32,000 nucleotides of DNA. Source: Candidatus Saccharimonadota bacterium. GTDB lineage: Bacteria; Patescibacteriota; Gracilibacteria; BD1-5; UBA2023. Shown here in pieces: positions 1-8,319 of the stretch. The stretch is taken from NCBI GenBank assembly GCA_963706795.1, contig OY970170.1:630001-662000 (forward strand), given 5' to 3'. The notes under the pieces are model-generated. The model was not told the DNA's origin. It saw only the letters and a program-made list of their open reading frames with translations, and searched no databases. The translations under genes and the position numbers were made by a program. The stretch's first letter is position 1. Each line of letters starts with the position of its first letter.

Positions 1-2201
1 AAGTTTACACCGTTTTCGATTACGGTTGTTGTGAGAAGGATGTCATATTTTCCTTCTTTAAAATCCATGATGCGATCCTCGAGTTCTGTCGGATCGAGCT
101 GGCCATGAGTGATGACGATTTTGAGTTTTTTGCCCGCAATCCGCATGAGCTCCTTGGCAGTACCTTCGAGTGAAGCAATGCGATTATGCAAAAATATCAC
201 CTGACCACCACGATCGAGTTCGCCAGTGATAGCATCTCTCAGGACTTCTTCGCTCCATTTGGCAACGAGGGTGCGGATTGGTTTTTTGAGTGGGGGAGGT
301 GTTGTGATCATTGAGATCTTACGAAGCCCTGAGAGCGCCATATTGAGGCTTCGCGGGATCGGTGTTGCTGAGAGGGAGAGGATGTCGAGATGCGCCTTCA
401 TCGTGGTGATTCGCTCTTTGTCGATGACGCCAAATTTGTGTTCTTCGTCGACAATGAGGAGTCCGAGTCGCTTGCAGGTGATATCTTCGGAGAGGATACG
501 GTGGGTTCCAATAACTATGTCGATAGTGCCTTCTGCCAGACCGTGGATGATCTCTTTTGCCTCGCGGGCGCTCGTCATGCGCGAGAGCGTTGCGATGCGT
601 ATTCCTGTGCCATCAAATCTCTTTGCAAATGATTCAGCATGCTCATAGGCTAGTACAACTAATGGCGAAATTACCGCTACCTGCTTACCTCAGAGTACCG
701 CTTTGTAGGCAGCATTCATAGCAACTTCCGTCTTCCCAAATCCGACGTCACCCGAGAGAAGTCGATCCATGGGTTCGGAACTTTCCATATCGCCAAAGAT
801 TTCTTCGATCGAGCTGGTCTGATCGGCGGTGTGCTTGTAGGGGAATCGTGCCCTAAAATCTCATTCTTCCTTGCGGAATTTTGGGAAGGGATATCCCGTA
901 GAAACCTTGCGTCTTGCATAGACATCCAGAAGCTCGGCCGCAGTTTTTGCGATTTCGTCCTCGGTGTTCTGAAGTGCGGTTTTCCAGATTGTTCCGCCGA
1001 GTCTATGGAGATTTGGATGCTCATCTCCGAGGTATTTTGTCAGTCTATAGAGCTCAGTAACTGGCACGTAGAGTCGATCGTCATCAGCGTATTCAATCGC
1101 AACATATTCGCGTTTCACGCCATTCATTTCTTTTTCGATGAGTTCGCGAAATATTCCGATCCCGTGCTCAAAATGAACGACGTAGTCATTGGGTGCAAGC
1201 GATAACAAAAGGTCGAGTGACTTCGCGGCACTGCGTCTCGTGCGCTTTACCGCAAAGAGTCGAGAGAGAATATCATCCGCAATCGCAAAATGATCTGCCG
1301 ATCGAAAACTCTCGATCGCAAGACGTGGAATTGTTTCGATTCATTTATTTGCCAGACTGTTATATGACAAAAATTGCTCGATCGCTTTGGGATGACGAGT
1401 ATAAAACCGCGTCTTTTCACCAAATGCCCGCAGATGGTCTTCGAGAGCTTCGAGCGAATCAATCGTTAGTGGATCAATCTCAAGAGAAGTGCTCTCGCGC
1501 GTACTTTCAAAACAGAGATATCTTGTAAGTCCCGATCGCAAATCATTTGCCAGTGCAAAAAATTCGAGATCAAAAGTTACAACTAAAACATCATTTAACT
1601 CACTCGAGAGCTTCTGATCTATGGACTCTGCAAACTCCGGAAGAGGTTCAGAATTAGCCGCAAAAATGATACAACTCTCAGGTTTTTCTTTGGGTTCGCC
1701 GCCAAGTGTTCTCAAGATGATCTCATCGAGCTCATCTCCAAAAAACGAAGCAATCACGATCCGATCGCTTCTACGAATATGGAGCTCACCTCCATCGATT
1801 TTATAAGTAAAATCCTTGCTGAGATGAGGTCCGTGGCTGTATCCCATCTCAAGAAGTCGACTCACTATATCATCGAGTCGGTAGGTTTTCCCACGAATAA
1901 ACTCAAGTCCTCATTTTGTTCGTTTATATTCGTGCCGTACTCGTTCATCAAAAAATCCAGTGGTCGTACAATAGAGTCCGTTTTTCTCGACTAAAAAGGA
2001 CAAAAGATCTCATTCTGTACGAATATCCTTAATCGGCGTTGCCAAAAAATGCGCCAGAACTGCTGAAGCCTTGCGTGCATCCTCAAGATTTTCGAACACA
2101 AATAATGTCCGCCCTGCCGTAAGTGTCTCAAGGAGAAAAAGAGATCGGGAAAATGTGCTTCCCGATCTTGAATAGATGTGATTTTCGGCGAGTTTACGCA
2201 T
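1..2201 (-). CDS. mfd: Transcription-repair coupling factor Mfd. The C-terminus runs off the left edge of the window. It is re-stitched across 5 in-frame UGA(Gly) codons.
   Basis: ORF fragments 2010-2201, 1341-1865 and 861-1208 share one frame, as does the unlisted stretch 1-860. They are separated only by TGA, at 2010-2012, 1911-1913, 1341-1343, 861-863 and 690-692. The translation shows a UvrB-homology N-terminal region. It also shows the '[11 protein letters not shown]' CarD/TRCF-type segment, helicase motif I '[11 protein letters not shown]' and motif II '[11 protein letters not shown]'. Confidence 0.9.
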
Positions 2202-2207
2202 GGCTCA

Positions 2208-2765
2208 CTATATCTTCATAATTTCCACTTCCTTCTTATCAAACATAGCGTCGATCTTTTTTCCTTCGGCATCGATTGCCTTTTGGAGATCAGCTTCGTA
2301 GCCTTTGGCGATATCTTCGCTGATTTCTTTGGCAGTTTCAGCAGATTTAATCTTTTTAGCGTAGTCGCTGCGGATATTTCGGACTGCGATTTTGCCATCT
2401 TCGGCGAGTTTTTTGGCGATCTTTACGAGATCACGGCGGCGTTCTTCGGTGAGCGTTGGGATCTTGATCATGATGGATTCACCATTGTTTTGTGGATTGA
2501 GCCCGATATTTGCATCGGTAATCGCACGATCGATATCTTTAATAAGTGCTTTATCCCATGGTTGGATACTGATGGTTTGAGCGTCCATAATACTGACGCT
2601 GGCCACATTACGAAGTGGCTGAGCTGACCCGTAGGCACTGACCATAATACCTTCCACGATAGCTGGATTTGCGCGTCCTACCTGGAGCTTTGCAAACTCG
2701 TTATGAAGATGTTCTTCTGCTTTTAAAAGGTCGTTTGTTAAATTCGATAGCATAAGTAATGTCAA
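2208..2765 (-). CDS. frr: Ribosome recycling factor
   Basis: Intact 185 aa ORF. It reads as RRF over its full length (RANPAIVEGIMVSAYGS...IQPWDK...NPQNNGESIMIKIPTLTEERRRDLVK...RNIRSD). The true start may be the internal Met a few codons in. Confidence 0.95.
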   Translation of the reverse strand: MTLLMLSNLTNDLLKAEEHLHNEFAKLQVGRANPAIVEGIMVSAYGSAQPLRNVASVSIMDAQTISIQPWDKALIKDIDRAITDANIGLNPQNNGESIMIKIPTLTEERRRDLVKIAKKLAEDGKIAVRNIRSDYAKKIKSAETAKEISEDIAKGYEADLQKAIDAEGKKIDAMFDKKEVEIMKI

Positions 2766-2826
2766 AAACTAGGTGAGAATTATGGCGGGATTATAGACGC
2801 AATGCACTTTCTTTCCAAAATATTTT

Positions 2827-2854
2827 TTGACATACATTCGGACGAGACTATTAT
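2827..2854 (+). promoter_or_regulatory. Sigma70-like promoter for the 2888 gene
   Basis: TTGACA at 2827-2832, a 16 nt spacer, and TATTAT at 2849-2854, about 34 nt upstream of the ATG. Confidence 0.4.
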
Positions 2855-2887
2855 CCACAAGACGAATTTATTTTCTCTCTTCCCACC

Positions 2888-3625
2888 ATGAAGGCATCAC
2901 GACTGCTCATCGTAGGGGCCCTCCTCGCATTTGCTCCTGCAATTTTCGCTGCTAGCGGAGACTACAAGGAGGTTGCTTGTGGCACCCAGACGTTCTTTGG
3001 TAGCAATACCTGTAATCAGTGTTTTGACGGAGGAACCCTCACTCCTGGTCAGAAACTCACTGGACTCTATGACTCTTGGACAAACAAAAACGCGACGGAA
3101 CAGGTTATCTACCAGGATGAACAGATGAATCCAACTCTCATCAATCTCGGTGGGAACGGAACTTCATTCGTATCAAATCCTCTCGATGAGGCAAAATTCT
3201 GGAAGTTCGGATCAGAAATTATCTTCACTCCTGAGTCTAGTGGTTCAGGTTCAGTAAAACGAAATGTTTTTTCTCTTAAGCCAGGTAAGACAGTTCGCGT
3301 AATGGATAGCGAGTTTGGCGCATACTACCAGCTCGAAAAGACAGATGCAAAGAAGGGTGCGTTTGTAGCACTCGTAAAATTTCCAGTAAACTATCACGAT
3401 GTAAGTGATCAGACTGGTAAGGCTGGACTCGTTCAGAAACATCTCGAATGTGTGGCGTTCTCAGCTGACGTTCCTGCTGCATCAGTATCTACTCCAGTAA
3501 AGATCGTTCCTACTCCAGCACAGGTTACAACTGTAAAGACGGGAGCTGCAGATACATTCCTCTTTGTGGGATTGGCTATGCTCCTCGCCCTTGCATTCAT
3601 GTTCGCTCGTAAGAGACGTAGTTAA
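2888..3625 (+). CDS. Secreted protein of unknown function with a sortase-type tripartite C-terminal sorting signal
   Basis: The N-terminal signal peptide is MKASRLLIVGALLAFAPAIFAAS. The mature part carries a CxxxxxxxxxxCxxC cluster. The C-terminus is 'VKTGAAD', then the hydrophobic stretch FLFVGLAMLLALAFMF, then the basic tail ARKRRS (an LPXTG-like layout). No UGA codons. Confidence 0.8.
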   Translation: MKASRLLIVGALLAFAPAIFAASGDYKEVACGTQTFFGSNTCNQCFDGGTLTPGQKLTGLYDSWTNKNATEQVIYQDEQMNPTLINLGGNGTSFVSNPLDEAKFWKFGSEIIFTPESSGSGSVKRNVFSLKPGKTVRVMDSEFGAYYQLEKTDAKKGAFVALVKFPVNYHDVSDQTGKAGLVQKHLECVAFSADVPAASVSTPVKIVPTPAQVTTVKTGAADTFLFVGLAMLLALAFMFARKRRS

Positions 3626-3651
3626 ATTGCGATCTTCACTTTCAGATTTTA

Positions 3652-3719
3652 CGTTTCCTCACTCAACGTAGCTGCCGCTACGCCTCGTTGCGGTACGCAA
3701 TCTTCAAGCGAATATCATC
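3652..3719 (+). repeat. Copy A of a paralogous ~68 nt intergenic element (possible structured 3' UTR RNA)
   Basis: It aligns without gaps to 11525-11592, with 45 of 65 positions identical from the TTCCTC anchor. The hairpin is CGTAGC-TGCC-GCTACG at 3667-3682. The boxes TTCCTC, CGGTACGCA and CGAAT.TCATC are conserved at identical spacing. Confidence 0.55.
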
Positions 3720-3771
3720 AATTTTCCTACGTCTGGGGACCTTCGTTATGGTGGCTCCTGACAAAATTAAT

Positions 3772-3806
3772 AAAAAAATCCTCCTGCAAAAGGGAGGATT
3801 TTTTTA
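3772..3806 (+). terminator. Rho-independent terminator (bidirectional shape)
   Basis: A-run, stem ATCCTCC, loop TGCAAAAG, stem GGAGGAT, then T7. Confidence 0.8.
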
Positions 3807-3904
3807 TTTCTTTGACTTTAGTGCGAAACAATATCTCGGATATTTGCACAGCCAAAGAAACTATGCTAAGGTGAGAACATAACGGATATTTTATCTTCCC
3901 ACAT

Positions 3905-6900
3905 ATGAAGTTATTCCAATCTTACGGTCTTATTCGTGCACTTTTCCAAGAGGCCGAATCTCGTGCGAGTGCACCATCCACTCCAACTACCACTCCTATT
4001 GAGACAGTAAAGTCTACGACAGTTCTCGCTGATGCTGCAAGAGATGCCAAAACAAAGGCGGATCTTCTTTCGGCGATTGCTAACTCTCATCTTCCAGATG
4101 ATCAAAAAGCATCACTTGCTGAGGAAATCAACAGCCAGGAAGAGTTTTCACTGCTCGTAAGTCGCGCAATGTCGGCGCTCCGATCCGGTATGTCCCGAGA
4201 TCAGGTTGCATCGATTTTTGTACAGAGTTCTGGCATTGATGAAGCCAAGGCTCGCAAGCTCGCCGTGAGTGTGGTCGCGGTCTATGAGGATTCTAAAAAA
4301 TCTCTTGGTACACTCTCAAACGTACACAAGACTCTTGCGAGCATTCGCCCAGCATTCGAAGGTCGTCTTCGTTTCAATGATGCACTCGATGTGCTTCTTA
4401 AAAATCCAGAACTCTTTGCGGGCTTTACAAAAAATGACACACGCATTGTATCAAACAATATGGATTCATTTGATGCAAACACTGGATCTCAGCGTCTTGA
4501 GGCTGCGCTTACATCAAGTAACTATTTTGGGCTAGCACAATGGGGTACTGGTGAAAACAACTATACACAGTCAGAACTCGCGGCCATCATCGAACTCCGT
4601 GATGCTATCAATAAGGATCCAAAGACATTTGCACTTCTTAAGAACGGTACAAATATCCAACGAACAGTCCGCATCGTCAAAACTGCAGATGCTATGGACG
4701 AAAAAACAAAGTCACAAAATCAGCTCGCGAAGCTCCTCGACTTTAGTAATGATGGACTTCTTACATCGACCAATCACAAAGAAAAAAGCAGCAATCTCAT
4801 TATTGCGACATTTCAGGGGATATTTGGTGGTGGAAAAGATGCTCAGCTCCATGTTGCGACAGAGCTCGCAATGTATCTCAATCTCAAGGACCGAGCAACG
4901 ACAGAAAAGGGTCTTGTAGATATCATCGCAAAGGTTACTGGTCACGGATCAGAGTATGTGGAGGCACGCCTCGATGATCCAAAGAAGTTCGCTCTTCTCG
5001 TAAAGGAATTCCAGTTTTCGTTCCTCAATCAGGTTGCTGATACTACGCCTCAGGTTGCGGCAAAACTCGATGAAAAAACTTCTCAGGAATATTCATCCGA
5101 AAAGATCAAAGAGCAGAATGCAGCGATGAAATTCATCACTAACGCGCTCAAAAAAGAAGAAATGCCTGCTCTCGTCAATGCTAAGCTCAAGGCTGCCGGT
5201 TATCCTGCACTTGAGGGCAAGACGATGGAAGAACTCCTCGAACGTACGGCTTTCCAGATTTCTCTTAATCCACGTTTCTACTCATCAGTCGGAGCAAAGA
5301 TGAGTGTGACCGAAAAGACGTACAACAAAGAGATCATCACTGAAAATGTAAAGCTCATCCACACAATCGAAATTACCAACGATATCACACACGATCCAGG
5401 TACAACTATCGAACACACAAAAACAATCGATACCAAGACGTTACTTGATCGCAATGTCGTGATTGATGGGAATACTGGTAAAGTCATCTCTGATACCACT
5501 GTGGATACTGGTAAAAAGAATGTCACCATTACCGAAGCAACAAAGACCGTCCAGACTCGTACGCCAAGTGATACTTGGAAGTTCACAAAGGTTGATAAAG
5601 GAACTCAGACCGTAGTTGGTAAGACCGAAGTCACTCGTGAATCTGAAACAAAACGCGCATCTAAGCTCATCCCACATATCGTGGTTGGATTTAATCTCGG
5701 TGCATTCCAGGTGGAAGGCAAGGGATATTCGGCTGATGCTGGTGTCGGGGTCTCTGCAGTAGCTGGAGCTGATGGGGTTGTATTCCCAATCTCAGTTTCT
5801 GGTCGCGCAGACGTGGGCGTAGTAAACCGAAATGAATTTCTCCAGACAAGTAATCTCAAGGGTAATTTCACCGTTGGTGGCGAACTTGGATTTACAAAGA
5901 CGGCTGGAAATTCGGTGGTTCCATCGCTCGGATTTAATATCAATCCAAATAACGCGATCGATACTATCAAAGAAAAGCGTGTCGAGATCAAGGAGCTCTG
6001 GCCACTTCTCGGACTTACCCCAGATGGAAAGCTCGATGATAGCAAGATCCAGGCCCGACTTGCTGATCTCATCAAGGAGGCAAACTCAAAAAATCCCGTA
6101 GATGAAGAAATTCTCATGCGAGTTTCTATCATGATGAAGATGCTCGATGGAACAAAGAAGGTTGTTGAAACAACGAACATGACTGACGAGCAAAAACTCC
6201 ATGTACTTCGTAAGACTGCGTCTTTTGAAAAGACATATATGGCTATGGTTCATCAGAACCTCAGCGGACTTCGTGTTGCGGGTGTGAATATCACGGTTAT
6301 CCCAATGATCCATGCGATCTTCTTGGGTCTCAATCTCCAATATGTGAGTCATTCTGCCTCAAAGGACAAGGGAGTTGATGCTACCGAGAGCAAGGTTTTG
6401 AGTAAGAAGCACGCTGATCTTGCAAATGCCGAAACAATCAAAAAGTATGTAACGAGCTTTGATAAAACAACCGGAAGTATCTTGGTTAATCGAGCGGATG
6501 TTGAGGCAGGTATCGTCGTAATTGGCGAATCTCTTCAATCAACTGCCGAAGGAAATAACATCCGCGTAACTCCTCCAGTTACGAGCAAGCTCCGCATTGA
6601 GAGTCAATATTTTGTTACCGGAGAAGGAATTGCCACAACCGGTATCTCAATCGGTGAGGAAAAGGGATTACCAGCTGTCGCAGCTGCTCCAAGCGCTCCC
6701 GTTGCTCCAACAGAAGCTGGTGGCGAATTTAAGAACAGCTATGACAAAGATCTCTTTGGTAAGCAGATTCGCGATGAGCTCTTTGCTCTCGCTCATGATT
6801 CACGCAATACTGCGTTTATCAAGGCACTCAATAGCCTCATGGGTCACAGTGACTATGCCGGAGCTGAGGATCTCATCCGCAAGGGTGGAAAGAAACTCAA

Positions 6901-8074
6901 ATTCCTCACGATTGCGCTCGACAATCCAGGTGCCGACAAAGAAGCCATCATCCGCAATGCGCTTCTCGTAACTTCTGGTGGACGCGAAACTCGTGGTAAA
7001 GAAATCACGTATTCGACTGCAAAGCGAGTACATGATCGCACAAAGAACGCATTTGTTCGTCAGTTGGGCGTAACTGAGGCAGATTATGATGTGTTCATAA
7101 AAGCATACAATAAGTATGATGATCTCCTCATGCGCAATGAAAAGAACGCTAGTGTTCAGGAAGGCGGTCTCAATAAGAACGAAAAAGTAAAATCAGCACC
7201 ACTCTCGCTCATTCTCGGTAACGAAAAAGCGAACTACCGTGAGATTTCAGGAGTTGTAAATTTTGCTCAGATCGATAATCGTACTCACAAACCAACAGTT
7301 CGTGGAACATTCCCATTTAATGGTGACATCAGTGTTATTGGTGGATCAGCCGAAGTTGGAAATGGAGTTATGAAGGGATACATCCTCGGACTCATCGAAA
7401 AGTCTGGTGATCTCCAAAAAAATCTCGACAAAGCCAACAAGGCTATCCCAGGAGCTCGCAAATTCTCTATGGATGAATACAAGAGCTTCCTTCTCGAGGG
7501 TACGCTTCCTACAGACCTTGCAAATGTTGTATCTGCTGAACCAAAGGCAAAGTTTATCACGACTCGTGCTATGCTCCCAGGATCTGAGTGTATCAATGAC
7601 ATCTACGCAATTGCCTTCCCAGTAGTAAAACCGCTCGCAGGTCGTGCAGAAGTTGCACCACCACTCGATCATTCTCCAATCATCATCGAAAAGGAACAAG
7701 GAAATACCTACACAAATCAGGATGGTGTTTCGAGTTTGACACTCGGTATTGATTACCGAAAGGCATTAGTACAGGAGGCTTTCAATGAGTCTGTGCGCAG
7801 AAAAAATATAACAACAGAAGAAAAGGTGGAAACAAGGACAACTAATAAGGATCTTCCGCCAGGAGAATCATTTAAGACAGTGACTACTGGAAATCCTGTC
7901 ATTACAACAACGACAACGACTACTCCGAAGACTCCAGACATTCCAGTGAAACCAGTTGACGATACTAAAACGCCATCCACAAAACCAGTAGAAACACCAA
8001 CGCTTCCAAATGTAAATGGTGGAACTAACAACAACGGTGGTAATCAGACAACAACAGTTACCGAAGGCTTCTAA
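3905..8074 (+). CDS. Giant orphan protein (1389 aa) with a central beta-rich region and a C-terminal Thr/Pro-rich tail
   Basis: One uninterrupted ORF, with an in-frame TAA at 3881-3883 just upstream. There is no obvious signal peptide. I recognise no family. The tail reads TTTTTTTPKTPDIPVKPVDDTKTPSTKPVETPTLP. Zero UGA codons in 1389 codons. Confidence 0.85.
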   Translation: MKLFQSYGLIRALFQEAESRASAPSTPTTTPIETVKSTTVLADAARDAKTKADLLSAIANSHLPDDQKASLAEEINSQEEFSLLVSRAMSALRSGMSRDQVASIFVQSSGIDEAKARKLAVSVVAVYEDSKKSLGTLSNVHKTLASIRPAFEGRLRFNDALDVLLKNPELFAGFTKNDTRIVSNNMDSFDANTGSQRLEAALTSSNYFGLAQWGTGENNYTQSELAAIIELRDAINKDPKTFALLKNGTNIQRTVRIVKTADAMDEKTKSQNQLAKLLDFSNDGLLTSTNHKEKSSNLIIATFQGIFGGGKDAQLHVATELAMYLNLKDRATTEKGLVDIIAKVTGHGSEYVEARLDDPKKFALLVKEFQFSFLNQVADTTPQVAAKLDEKTSQEYSSEKIKEQNAAMKFITNALKKEEMPALVNAKLKAAGYPALEGKTMEELLERTAFQISLNPRFYSSVGAKMSVTEKTYNKEIITENVKLIHTIEITNDITHDPGTTIEHTKTIDTKTLLDRNVVIDGNTGKVISDTTVDTGKKNVTITEATKTVQTRTPSDTWKFTKVDKGTQTVVGKTEVTRESETKRASKLIPHIVVGFNLGAFQVEGKGYSADAGVGVSAVAGADGVVFPISVSGRADVGVVNRNEFLQTSNLKGNFTVGGELGFTKTAGNSVVPSLGFNINPNNAIDTIKEKRVEIKELWPLLGLTPDGKLDDSKIQARLADLIKEANSKNPVDEEILMRVSIMMKMLDGTKKVVETTNMTDEQKLHVLRKTASFEKTYMAMVHQNLSGLRVAGVNITVIPMIHAIFLGLNLQYVSHSASKDKGVDATESKVLSKKHADLANAETIKKYVTSFDKTTGSILVNRADVEAGIVVIGESLQSTAEGNNIRVTPPVTSKLRIESQYFVTGEGIATTGISIGEEKGLPAVAAAPSAPVAPTEAGGEFKNSYDKDLFGKQIRDELFALAHDSRNTAFIKALNSLMGHSDYAGAEDLIRKGGKKLKFLTIALDNPGADKEAIIRNALLVTSGGRETRGKEITYSTAKRVHDRTKNAFVRQLGVTEADYDVFIKAYNKYDDLLMRNEKNASVQEGGLNKNEKVKSAPLSLILGNEKANYREISGVVNFAQIDNRTHKPTVRGTFPFNGDISVIGGSAEVGNGVMKGYILGLIEKSGDLQKNLDKANKAIPGARKFSMDEYKSFLLEGTLPTDLANVVSAEPKAKFITTRAMLPGSECINDIYAIAFPVVKPLAGRAEVAPPLDHSPIIIEKEQGNTYTNQDGVSSLTLGIDYRKALVQEAFNESVRRKNITTEEKVETRTTNKDLPPGESFKTVTTGNPVITTTTTTTPKTPDIPVKPVDDTKTPSTKPVETPTLPNVNGGTNNNGGNQTTTVTEGF

Positions 8075-8082
8075 TAATTCCC

Positions 8083-8310
8083 ATGAAAAATAACCGATAT
8101 ATTATTCCGGTGCTCTTGGCACTTGCGATTCTTGGGGTATGCATATACTTTGTTTCGATGAAGGGATCGAATAAAGGTACTGACACGATGGGCAAAACAA
8201 CCGAAAAGACACAGGGCGTCACTCAGACATGAGATACTCCTGCGAAAGGATGAGCGTCATCGTCGAGTGGAAACACTGCAGTATCCGGCCCCGAAGGCTT
8301 CCAACCATAA
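8083..8310 (+). CDS. Small single-pass membrane protein (75 aa under table 25)
   Basis: The ATG at 8083 lies 8 nt after the giant ORF's stop. The TM segment is IIPVLLALAILGVCIYFV. In-frame TGAs are at 8230-8232 and 8251-8253, and the TAA stop is at 8308-8310. Without recoding this ORF is invisible. Confidence 0.5.
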
Positions 8311-8319
8311 TTTTTTCGC

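Noticed and set aside
226-648. Standard-code ORFs lie antisense to, or out of frame with, the real genes. Examples are 226-648(+), 716-1024(-), 2178-2627(+), 5605-6180(-), 7753-8034(-), 9992-10315(+), 14166-14636(+), 22067-22522(+), 22581-22997(-), 25951-26502(+) and 27639-28175(+).
   Set aside because: They overlap strongly supported genes on the other strand or in another frame. They have low-complexity or odd composition and no recognisable motifs. They are shadow ORFs.
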